The notes beneath the pieces were generated by a model. It was not told the origin of the DNA. It did not search any database and saw nothing but the letters and a program-made list of their open reading frames with translations. The position numbers and the translations under genes were made by a program. From an uncultured Acidimicrobiaceae bacterium (lineage in GTDB: Bacteria; Actinomycetota; Acidimicrobiia; Acidimicrobiales; RAAP-2): DNA of 64,000 nucleotides. Numbering within the stretch: the stretch's first letter is position 1; the number at the start of each line of letters is the position of its first letter. The stretch lies in assembly GCA_963751335.1 (NCBI GenBank), contig CAVVUB010000001.1:325704-389703 (forward strand), read 5' to 3'. Shown piece after piece: positions 1 through 7,636 of this stretch.

Positions 1-174
1 CGCCAGGCCAACCGGGCGCTGTGGCACATCGTGATCACCCGGCTCGCTTCCGATCCGAGGACCCAGGCCTACATGGAACGCCGGGTCAAAGACGGCCGCT
101 CCAAGAGCGAGGCCATCCGCATGCTCAAGCGCTACGTCGCCCGCGAGGTCTACCGCTACTTGCCTCGCGCCTAG
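1..174 (+). mobile_element. IS110-family (DEDD) transposase, C-terminal 57 codons only; the 5' part lies upstream of the window
   Basis: Frame 1 reads RQANRALWHIVITRLASDPRTQAYMERRVKDGRSKSEAIRMLKRYVAREVYRYLPRA*. The DPRT.AY..RR...GKSK.EAIR.LKRY.AREVY tail is the conserved IS110/IS1111 transposase C-terminus. Confidence 0.7.
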
Positions 175-177
175 ATC

Positions 178-258
178 CCCGGACCATGGACCTGGCTCAC
201 CGTACGCCTGTCGTCGATGAGACTGACCTGTAACCGATATGCCGGTCCATGGTCCGGG
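178..258. repeat. Perfect 15-bp inverted repeat (stem) with a 51-nt loop immediately 3' of the IS110 transposase stop
   Basis: cccggaccatggacc at 178-192 is the exact reverse complement of ggtccatggtccggg at 244-258. Confidence 0.6.
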
Positions 259-429
259 TTACCAAATCTCAAAGACGCGTGACCTGATAAGAGCTTGCCC
301 TCTCCAACGAGTGGCCCATCATTGGTCTGTCCGCCGTCCTCACTCCCGAAAATTCTCTCGAAAGGGGTTGACATCATCCATAGGAGCATCGGTTTGGAGT
401 CACGTGCGTCCGCTCATCCAGCCGCGATG

Positions 430-891
430 TTACAGGCGGCGGTCCAGGTATCCGAGGCTCGTCAGCGAAGCGATCGCCTGAGCTTTGTACATCAGACCAG
501 CAAGCGGGCGAGCCGTACAGATGAGCTCTTCGGCCTCGGTTGGCGTGAAGCCCATTGCGAGCATGATTGCAAATACTGTGCTCGGGCCTCGGTTCACGCC
601 CGCCGCACAGATTGCGCATACCTTCGTGTCCCGCCGCGCCAGGGCTGGCAATGCGAAAGAGAGCGACCTGGCGAACCACAGATCACCGTGGGTCACGGAA
701 TCGCCGTCATCGTGTACTCCGTTCCACATGTAGGAGATCTTTCGCTCGTCTGCCAATAGATGAGCACTAGTGAAGCCGTCGCGGCAGTCAATGACATGAG
801 TGATGCCTGCTGCGACTAGGTCGTCAACCTCCGCAGGAGAAGTGACCTCGCCTCCCGTCGCCAGCCGAGGGGTAACAAAGTCGAAATCCAT
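430..891 (-). CDS. Dual-specificity / tyrosine protein phosphatase (Cys-based, CX5R)
   Basis: 153-aa ORF. The active-site loop VCAICAAGVNRGPS fits C-x5-R-(S/T), and DSP-like context follows (FAIMLAMGFTPTEAEELI). Confidence 0.65.
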   Translation of the reverse strand: MDFDFVTPRLATGGEVTSPAEVDDLVAAGITHVIDCRDGFTSAHLLADERKISYMWNGVHDDGDSVTHGDLWFARSLSFALPALARRDTKVCAICAAGVNRGPSTVFAIMLAMGFTPTEAEELICTARPLAGLMYKAQAIASLTSLGYLDRRL

Positions 892-972
892 GGGTCACTT
901 ATATCCGACAGATTCCAACCCCTGCCCTCGTTCGCCTGGAGACACGAAAACTCTGTGTATCGGCACGCACGA

Positions 973-1383
973 TCAGATCGCTTGAAGTCGATCCTCGATC
1001 CATGATGCGAGGTCCTCGAGAGGCACTGTTCGCATCGAGGTCGCTTCAACCATCTCTGCCGTTTCAGTTCCATCGGGATCATCACCTTCGGGTGGTACCC
1101 AGCGATACCCATTCAGAGCGGCGAAGAGGATGGCGCACAGCAACGTCGTCCGCTTGTTGCCGTCCGGCAACGCATGGTTGCTCGCCACGGCCTGCAACAA
1201 GACCGCCGTCTTCGTCGCAAACTCGGGATACTTCTCGAAGTCACCGAAGCCGGCGCTCGGTGCCGCCAACGCTGAGCCGGCAAGGGTGTCGTTGGTGACT
1301 GCTCGGACGGCTGCCAGTTAGGTCCCGAGCGCTTCGGCGGCCGCTCGCTAGAAATCCTCCAGGGCGACGTAAGCGATCTCCGC
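973..1383 (-). pseudogene. doc: Doc (death-on-curing, Fic-fold kinase) toxin interrupted by two in-frame stop codons
   Basis: The 98-aa ORF (973-1269, TTG start) carries the Doc/Fic motif HALPDGNKRTT. The same frame upstream reads ..AEIAYVALEDF*RAAAEALGT*LAAVRAVTNDTLAGSALAAPSAGF.. with TAG at 1348-1350 and TAA at 1318-1320. With this extension the motif His falls near residue 70, as in full-length Doc. Confidence 0.55.
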
Positions 1384-1409
1384 CCGTCGACCTGGGTCAG
1401 CAGAGTGCG

Positions 1410-1670
1410 CTACTTGGCGAGACGGTCCAGAGCAGCTTTGTTGGTCTTGCCGGCGAGCTCCAGGAGGGCCTGCACGTCTCGAGTGGTGTCCCGTCCCGCC
1501 CGCCGATCGGCAGCGATCCGGGCCACGAGGGCTTCCTCGGAGTCGTCGAGAGCGGCCTCCTCGGCCACCACATCCCGTTCGACAGCGCTGTCGGTCACCT
1601 CTCCATTGTGCCCGCGACGCGTCTGCGGCCGTGTCATCGGGCCAGAGCCCGAGCGGTCAGGGTCGGTCAA
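1410..1670 (-). CDS. Hypothetical 86-aa acidic protein, positioned like a Doc antitoxin
   Basis: ORF ending about 25 nt upstream of the Doc-frame region, on the same strand. Acidic middle (EEAALDDSEEALVARIAAD). No recognisable Phd/RHH motif, so the call is positional only. Confidence 0.3.
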   Translation of the reverse strand: MTDPDRSGSGPMTRPQTRRGHNGEVTDSAVERDVVAEEAALDDSEEALVARIAADRRAGRDTTRDVQALLELAGKTNKAALDRLAK

Positions 1671-1863
1671 GGCCGGCGCAGCCGCCCGCTCAATTCTTTT
1701 GCTAGACCCTCAACCCGCTTCGTCAGTAGGCCGACGAGTTCGGCGAGATCTGGAACGTCGGGAATGGGACTCTGCACCCGAATCGTCTCGGCCACGTCTT
1801 GAATCTTGCGGCAGTCTTCGATGATCTTCTGCGTCGATGGCACACGCTGAAGCTACCTGGCCC

Positions 1864-2067
1864 CTACGCCACCGCCCGCCGCTTGGACCGCCGCTCCCGT
1901 TTCGTCGTCCCGCCCAAGAGCCCAACCAGCTCCGGGTCGGCCAAAGCGACCTCGAGGCACTCCACGCGTACCGAGCAGCCGTCGCACACCTCGCACTCAT
2001 AGACGCCCACGTTGCCGACGATGAAGAGGTCCAGCAGCGTCATGAGTTCTGGGGCGTCTGGGACCAT
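1864..2067 (-). CDS. Compact WhiB-like Fe-S transcription factor (67 aa)
   Basis: Hand-checked translation contains ..YECEVCDGCSVRVECLEVALADPELVGLLGGTTKRERRSKRR. The C-x2-C-x5-C + CLE.AL + G..GG + basic tail matches the WhiB signature. The fourth Cys sits only 2 residues upstream. Confidence 0.5.
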   Translation of the reverse strand: MVPDAPELMTLLDLFIVGNVGVYECEVCDGCSVRVECLEVALADPELVGLLGGTTKRERRSKRRAVA

Positions 2068-2263
2068 CAGCCATCAGACAAGCGCCTTTCTCCAGCTGGA
2101 CCGAAAAGGGCCTTTTGCACTCAAAATGGCCCTTCGGAGGGGTTGACTGCGTATTGAGTCGATGACAAGGTGCGTGTGGTGGCGGGGGCGGGTGTGAGCC
2201 TCACAGCATCTCCGGCGGCCTTTTGCTGATAAGTGAACCAACTTTGCGAAGGGGTATTTGCTC

Positions 2264-2629
2264 ATGATCAAGCGAATCTTGGCCGTCTCGGCCGTTGGCG
2301 CAGTCGGGTTGCTCGGACTAACAGCGCTTCCTGCTGGTGCGGCGACTGGACCCAGCATCAACCTCAAGATGAACGCCAGCGGCGCGTTGAAGTTCAGCTC
2401 GAAGACATTGCACGCCACTGCGAGCAAGAGCACAAAGTGCAACGCGAACCACAACACGTTCATTCTCACGAACAAGACGGGCTCGAGCGAGGAAATCGAC
2501 TTCGGCGGCAATCCGTTCTTCACGTCGGCGCCGGGGCAAGTGAATTTCATCTGCCAGGGCGTCGGAACCGGGACATACACCGTTGAGGGGTCTTCGACCG
2601 CCTCGCTGACCGTGACCGTCACTTCGTAG
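2264..2629 (+). CDS. Small secreted protein (signal peptide, 2 Cys), paralog of 3125-3583
   Basis: MIKRILAVSAVGAVGLLGLTALPAGAAT signal peptide. GAAGGGG lies 9 nt upstream of the ATG. Shares the LPAGAAT cleavage region, G.L.FS, F.L.N.G...F.G and a C-terminal L.T(V/I)T.S with the downstream paralog. Confidence 0.6.
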   Translation: MIKRILAVSAVGAVGLLGLTALPAGAATGPSINLKMNASGALKFSSKTLHATASKSTKCNANHNTFILTNKTGSSEEIDFGGNPFFTSAPGQVNFICQGVGTGTYTVEGSSTASLTVTVTS

Positions 2630-2803
2630 GTCGCGAGGTACGCGTCGCGCCCTCTTTCGAGAACCTTGAAAGCGAGAATGCCCCAACCGTTCGGAGGCCA
2701 TGACGGCGCCAAGAGCGAAGCCAATGGCTCACGCCCTTGGGGGGCGATCGAAACACTTCAGGAGTAACGTCCCAGGCGGAGGTTCCCGCACGGTCTCCGT
2801 GGA

Positions 2804-2943
2804 GTGGCCCCGCTTCGGCGGGGTCGCTTCGCGTGTTCACAGAGTGTTCATCCCGAATCCGTAGGGTCCAACGCCGTTCTGCTGGTAAGACAAGGTCAGC
2901 CAGACACGTCCTCCCCCGTCCCTTGCGGCGGGGTCGCTTCGCG
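2804..2943. repeat. Two exact copies of the 18-nt motif CGGCGGGGTCGCTTCGCG, 110 nt apart; copy 1 lies in a UUCG-tetraloop hairpin
   Basis: Copies at 2816-2833 and 2926-2943. Hairpin at 2804-2827: gtggccccgc/ttcg/gcggggtcgc (10 bp including 2 G-U). Each copy is preceded by a C-run. Confidence 0.55.
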
Positions 2944-3082
2944 CCATCGTCACGGAGCCGTAACGAAAAACCGCGACGGGTCAACAGAAGTCGTCCATAG
3001 GCTCGTGGATCGAGCGCGGACCGGCCGGACGCCAGCTTCCCCTAGACCCCCAGGAGGCGGCGCCGGCCGGTTCGCGGATCGC

Positions 3083-3106
3083 GGTATTCCGAGCTCGAGG
3101 AATACC
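3083..3106 (-). terminator. Hairpin 19 nt downstream of the 3125-3583 stop codon (possible intrinsic terminator, no U-tract)
   Basis: ggtattcc (3083-3090) pairs with ggaatacc (3099-3106) around an 8-nt loop gagctcga. Confidence 0.35.
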
Positions 3107-3124
3107 AGCCGGATATCTGCGCAG

Positions 3125-3583
3125 CTAGTCAGACGCGGTGATGGTCAACGTTCCCGCGTAGGTCTTGGTGTCCTTCTTGTTGGACAAACCAATCGTCGCT
3201 TGGGAGCCCGTCGTACCGCCAAAGAGGCAGACCGTCACGGCTTGACCCGCGGGGATCGAGCCGAGTGCACCTCCATCGAAGGTCAAGAAAGCCGTCGACA
3301 TTCCGGTGTTCTTGAGTTCGAACGAGGTAGGAGGGTTCGTCTCTGAGCAGTTTCCTCCACTCGTGTCCTCGCTCACGGTCAACGCCTTCGGCTTGAAGAC
3401 CGCCGTCTTGCCCTGGCCTTTGATCTTCGACGTCGGCACTGTCGGCGAGAAGCGAAGCGATCCTGACGCCCCCGCGACCGTGGCGTGCGGACTCGTGGCG
3501 GCTCCGGCTGGGAGAGACATGACGGTCGCCAAAGCGACACCTCCCGCAGCGGCCAGCACGGCCCGGTTGTTCAGCTTTCTCAT
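3125..3583 (-). CDS. Small secreted protein (signal peptide, 2 Cys), paralog of 2264-2629
   Basis: Start chosen at MRKLNNRAVLAAAGGVALATVMSLPAGAAT (ATG at 3583, GGGAGG 8 nt upstream). The rest aligns by eye with the upstream paralog. Confidence 0.6.
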   Translation of the reverse strand: MRKLNNRAVLAAAGGVALATVMSLPAGAATSPHATVAGASGSLRFSPTVPTSKIKGQGKTAVFKPKALTVSEDTSGGNCSETNPPTSFELKNTGMSTAFLTFDGGALGSIPAGQAVTVCLFGGTTGSQATIGLSNKKDTKTYAGTLTITASD

Positions 3584-3843
3584 GAGTGACCTCCCGCTAG
3601 TCGAATCCACCTGCCCCCAAACGGGGACCACCTGGACGCTAGCTCTGGCACCACCCGTGTTGCAATGGGCCTTACGGCCCGAGGGCAACGGATCTGCTGT
3701 AAGGAGATTTTCCCTCTGTGACCGATCAACCGGCCTATTCGGCTAGTTCAACCGGCCCGGGGCGACGACTCCCCCAGGACCCGCCGCTACGACCGCTCGG
3801 CCTCGAGGGCGGTGAAGACCAGGGCGGACGATCACGTAGACCA

Positions 3844-4089
3844 TCAGAACAAGTACTCCCGCTGGCCTCCGCGAACCTGGTAGCGAAAGCCACGCTGTCT
3901 GCTCTTGATGACGGCGTCACGCTGTTCTTGCGAGATCTTGGGCACGCCGGTGTTGGATCCGCTCTCACTCAGGAGCGCCGAGATCGCGCGGAGGTCTTCG
4001 TCGCTCAGAACTGCGTTGCCGGTCTCGGGCGCTGGTTGGCGACGGAGACCAGCAAGGAAGGGCCACCACCGTTTGTCCGGCGTCGTCAT
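3844..4089 (-). CDS. Hypothetical 81-aa protein, probably phage-derived
   Basis: Its start overlaps the capsid-remnant stop in an ATGA junction (4086-4089), suggesting translational coupling. No recognisable domain. Confidence 0.35.
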   Translation of the reverse strand: MTTPDKRWWPFLAGLRRQPAPETGNAVLSDEDLRAISALLSESGSNTGVPKISQEQRDAVIKSRQRGFRYQVRGGQREYLF

Positions 4090-4862
4090 GCGAAGCTCGG
4101 GCTGGCTGGGTAGGCCGATCCCGAGATCGTCTGGACCGCTCCGCTGTGGCGGAGGATCACGCCGACGAGGCTGTACTCCTGCACGACCACGCTGAGGGTC
4201 GAGGCAAGTGCCTCGGGAATCGTACGCAGGATCGGCTCGGATCGCTGGACGAAGACCTCGTTCATGTTGGCCACAACGAACTGTGTACTGCTACCCGACG
4301 TAGGGATCTTCCCGTCGCTGAACAGCAGGGTTCCGGTGAGTAGTTCGCCGGTGAAGCCGGGCGGCGGCCCGCCGTCTGGAGCGAGCTGAATCGGCAAGGA
4401 GGCGTTGTCCGATGTCGGGAGTAGGGCCGGTCGGCCGTTGGGATCGGAGACGCTGAGCAGGTATTCACACCAGGCCGGCGCCATGAAGATGTGCGTTGCA
4501 GGGAGCACTGTGCCGGCGGCAGTCGCCAGTGCCGATTTCGCCTTCCCGACATCGCCGAAGAGATTCGCAACAGAGAGTGACCCAGCGGCAGTCGGCGTGC
4601 CGCCAACCGAGATCGCCTGCGACAGATCAAGGTGTCGGTCTCGGTTCGTAGGTCTTCCTGCAGCTGCTCGTGGCAAATCTTGTCGAAGGTGTACGTGTCC
4701 GGCCCGGTGCGATCCAGGAGCTGCTGAGAGATATCGACCTCGCCGACCGCGGTCAGCAACGTGAAGGTCAGATCCGAGCCGCCTGGCGAAGAGTTGTTGA
4801 CCCCTGAGGTTTCGCTGACCTGCTGGCCGACGCTGAGCGGACCCGAAAACGACGGTAGGTGC
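4086..4862 (-). pseudogene. HK97-fold phage major capsid protein, N-terminally truncated and frameshifted
   Basis: Two frames carry capsid-family strings. One reads ..LPSFSGPLSVGQQVSE..AVGEVDISQQLLDRTGP..LQEDLRTETDTLI. After a shift near 4640 the other reads ..PATHIFMAPAWCEYLLSVSDPNGRPALLP..GFTGELLTGTLLFSDGKIPT..LRTIPEALASTLSVVVQEYSLVGVILRHSGAVQTISG. Confidence 0.6.
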
Positions 4863-5266
4863 ATCGTCAGGCCGTCCCGATCCCGTCCAAGGTCGTGCCG
4901 ATCCTCGAGGATCATCTGGCCGACTACGTCGAGGCGCCCCCGGACGCCTTGCTGTTCACCAGCCCCGAGGGCAACACCCTACTGAGGACCAAGTTTCGGC
5001 CGCGCTGGGCCGAGGCGTGTCGGAAGGCGGGAGTGACCGGACTTCACTTCCACGACCTGCGTGGGACGGCCGCCACACGAGCTGGCGAGCAGGGAGCTTC
5101 GTTCGCCGAGATCATGCAGCTGCTCCGACACAAGACCCCCACCGCAGCTCTTCGCTATCAGCACGCCACAACGGAGCGCCGCCGAATGATCGCGGACAGC
5201 ATGGGCGACCTCTTGGATGGGACTCCAGAAGCTGGCGCCGAGGTTGTCCAAAACGGTCCTCGTTGA
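4859..5266 (+). pseudogene. Tyrosine recombinase / phage integrase, C-terminal catalytic fragment only
   Basis: 135 aa with ..LHFHDLRGTAATRAGEQGASFAEIMQLLRHKTPTAALRYQH (H-x-x-R box and catalytic Tyr). The N-terminal DNA-binding half is absent. The fragment lies next to the 3' end of tRNA-Leu. Confidence 0.7.
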
Positions 5267-5293
5267 ATCTCATTATTCAACGTAGGTTCAACG
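5261..5293. promoter_or_regulatory. Three copies of heptamer TTCAACG (one inverted, two direct 11 nt apart) at the integrase stop / tRNA boundary
   Basis: cgttgaa at 5261-5267 (reverse complement), ttcaacg at 5276-5282 and at 5287-5293. They sit in an A/T-richer patch and are candidate recombinase arm-type or repressor sites. Confidence 0.3.
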
Positions 5294-5308
5294 GAGACCT
5301 CAAGTGCA

Positions 5309-5337
5309 AAACGCCCGCCCGGAGTAGACGGGCGTTT
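5309..5337 (-). terminator. Intrinsic terminator-like hairpin 18 nt downstream of tRNA-Leu
   Basis: aaacgcccg (5309-5317) pairs with cgggcgttt (5329-5337) around an 11-nt loop. On the minus strand the stem runs into UUUU. Confidence 0.5.
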
Positions 5338-5354
5338 CTGCTGGTCGAGCTGGG

Positions 5355-5438
5355 TGTCGGAGGGGGGACTTGAACCCCCACGCCCTTGCGGGCACCAGCC
5401 CCTCAAGCTGGCGCGTCTGCCTATTCCGCCACTCCGAC
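5355..5438 (-). tRNA. tRNA-Leu (anticodon GAG), type II with long variable arm; CCA not encoded
   Basis: Hand-folded cloverleaf. Acceptor GTCGGAG/CTCCGAC plus discriminator A. 3-bp D stem. Anticodon stem CCAGC/GCTGG with loop TTGAGGG. Variable arm TGCCCGCAAGGGCGT. T arm GGGGG-TTCAAGT-CCCCC. Confidence 0.9.
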
Positions 5439-5548
5439 GGGCGAATGACCTGAGATCAGGCGTCCGAAAATGCTAGCGCACCGAAGATGGAATCCCAGGC
5501 CACGCAGGGTCTGCGCCGCCACCCGGCTGAACCCGCCGATCCAAGGGT

Positions 5549-7363
5549 CTATTGCCCCGGCAAGGAAGGCGTGGTGTTGTTGGTCGACTCCGGCTGGCGA
5601 ACCGCCCACTGCTGCGCGTACCAGAGCACGCTGGTGCCGAGCGGTGTCGGCGTGACTCCACCGATGGTCCTGCTCCAGACGAGTGCGCTCGGCTCCGGGT
5701 AGAGCGGAAGCGACACCATCTCGTCCCAGAGCTGGGTGTCGGCTTCCTGGTAGATCGTGGCGGCCGTGTCGGGATTGAGCTGCCGGGACGCCTTGAGCAC
5801 GAGCTGGTCGAATTGCGGATTCTCGAAACCGGTCCAGTTCGCCGACCCGTTCTTTCCGGGGGGACCGAGATTCGAGGTGTACCAGGCCAGGAGCTGACTC
5901 GGGTACGGGCTGAAGGTCTGCGGCATCAGCGCAAGGTCGGCCTGGCCCGCCGCCAGCAGTTGACCCGCGCTCGTCGCGGTCGGCGCCATCGTCATGGTCG
6001 TGTCGAACCCGGCGTCCACGAGCTGGTCGTGGATCGTCTGTGCCGCTGCGGCCGCCCACGGGTCTGCCGGCATCCACCACCATGTGGACCTGGAAGGGCA
6101 CGCCGAATGGGTAGTGGTAGAACGGCATGCTCGCCGTCTTGACCAGCCCGGCCTGCTGTACGAAGGCGGCGGCCTGGTCCGGCACCGGCGTCACCGGGAA
6201 GTTCACGCTGCCCCCCGCTCCGATGACGGTGGTCGAGGTCGAAGTGGTCGGGACGGGCACAGTCGTCGTCGGAGCCGACGAGGACGACGGCTTGTACGCC
6301 GCCTGCCCCTGGACGTAGACGTGGCTGTCGGCCGGCATCACCCCCGGCACGGCCCAGCTCACCTGCTGGTTCACGAGAGCCTGACGGTTGACGGTGAGGG
6401 CGATGGCCGCCCGCAGATCGGGCGACAGCTTGGAGGTCAGCGCGCTCGCCATGTTCAGCTGGAGCAGCGTGTTGGAGTTCTCGACGTCACTCGCCGCCCC
6501 GGGCAGTCCCGTCATCTCGGTGAGGAACGAAGGCGTCACCGTGGACGGCTGCGCCACGCTGGACGTAGCCCGAGCTCATCCACTGGGCCAACTCGTCCGT
6601 CGAGGTGGCGATGTGCACCGTGACCGACTTGGCGTTGGCCGGCGTGCCCCACCACTTCGGGTTCTGGACCAGACGGATGGTCGAACCCGAGACCGAGCCG
6701 ATCTTGAAGGGGCCGCCCGAGAGGTCGATGGCCGGATCCACCGTCGAGCAGATGGGGTTCCAGCCCACCTTCTCCATCACGTGGGCCGGGACGAGGTTGT
6801 TGAAGAGCGACTTCCAGTCGGCGAAGCTCTTCTTGAACTTCACGGTCACCGTGTGGCCCCCGTTGGAACCCGTTCACCGAGGAAATGTCGCGATATCCGG
6901 CGATGCTCGCCACGTCGGGCGAGGAAACAACGGGATCGCCGCGCTGTTGCTCCCAGGCGTACTTGAAGTCGGCCGCGGAGATGGGCACGCCGTCGGACCA
7001 CACGGCCTTGGGGTTCAAGGTGTAGACGACCGTCTGTGGATTGAGGTCGACCACTTCGGCCTCGGTCAGCTGCAAATTCGGCTGAGGCGTCCCGTTGGCG
7101 CCGACCACGAACGGGCTGGGCAGGACGGCACCGAGGACCGTCAGACGTCCCCGGGGTGTTCCCCTCCGTCGTGTTGGGGTTGCATCCCGACACGCTCTGC
7201 GGTCATGCCGAAGGAGATCGCGCCGCCGGCCACGCCGACGTAGGTGACGGTGGTCGTGCTGCCACCCGATGCCGCCGGAGCAGCCTGCAGCAAGGACGGC
7301 CAGGCCCAGCAGTGCCCGGTCAGCCCGCGCCAGATGCCGGGGGCGATGGCCCCGGCCTATCAC
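5549..7363 (-). pseudogene. ABC transporter substrate-binding lipoprotein, family 5 (peptide/nickel type), split by about 6 frame breaks
   Basis: Lipobox LAVLAAGCSGG at the N-terminus. Family-5 strings are spread over three frames (..VVYTLNPKAVWSDGVPISAADFKYAW.., ..IRLVQNPKWWG.., ..LMPQTFSPYPSQLLAWY..). The frame ladder is consistent with six +1 insertions. Confidence 0.75.
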
Positions 7364-7596
7364 TGCAGCCGGAGATCCAGCGTGATCGTGGCGAAGGCGA
7401 AGACGATGGCGACGGTGACCGTGATGCGGTCCAGGTTCCGCTCCACCACCGTCGAGCCCTGGGCGGCAGCCCCCACCGATCCACCGAACATGTCGGAGAG
7501 ACCCCCACCCTTCCCGCTGTGCATCAGGATGAGGAAGATCAGGCCCAGTGCGCTCAGCACTTCTATGACGATGTACACCCAGGTGAGTGTGGACAC
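7360..7596 (-). CDS. secG: Preprotein translocase subunit SecG
   Basis: 78 aa, two TM helices, with the conserved LLHSGKGGGLSDMFGG-type motif (LMHSGKGGGLSDMFGG). Syntenic after tpiA. Confidence 0.85.
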   Translation of the reverse strand: MSTLTWVYIVIEVLSALGLIFLILMHSGKGGGLSDMFGGSVGAAAQGSTVVERNLDRITVTVAIVFAFATITLDLRLQ

Positions 7597-7636
7597 GGGA
7601 GCCCTCCAGCTCGGGACGGTATTCGCCCTCTACGGC

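Noticed and set aside
2731-2745. A 10-nt match (cacgcccttg) to the tRNA-Leu variable-arm region, considered as a possible second att site for the integrated element.
   Set aside because: The match is too short and in the wrong part of the tRNA, since att cores normally cover the 3' T-arm and acceptor end. No copy of ggacttgaaccccc is seen in 1-5350.
5421-6557. A 378-aa ORF that could be taken as an intact gene next to the tRNA.
   Set aside because: Only its N-terminal part (about 170 aa) is SBP-like. The rest is Arg/Pro-rich out-of-frame sequence overlapping the real C-terminal SBP segment (5549-6073). It is one fragment of the broken SBP gene.
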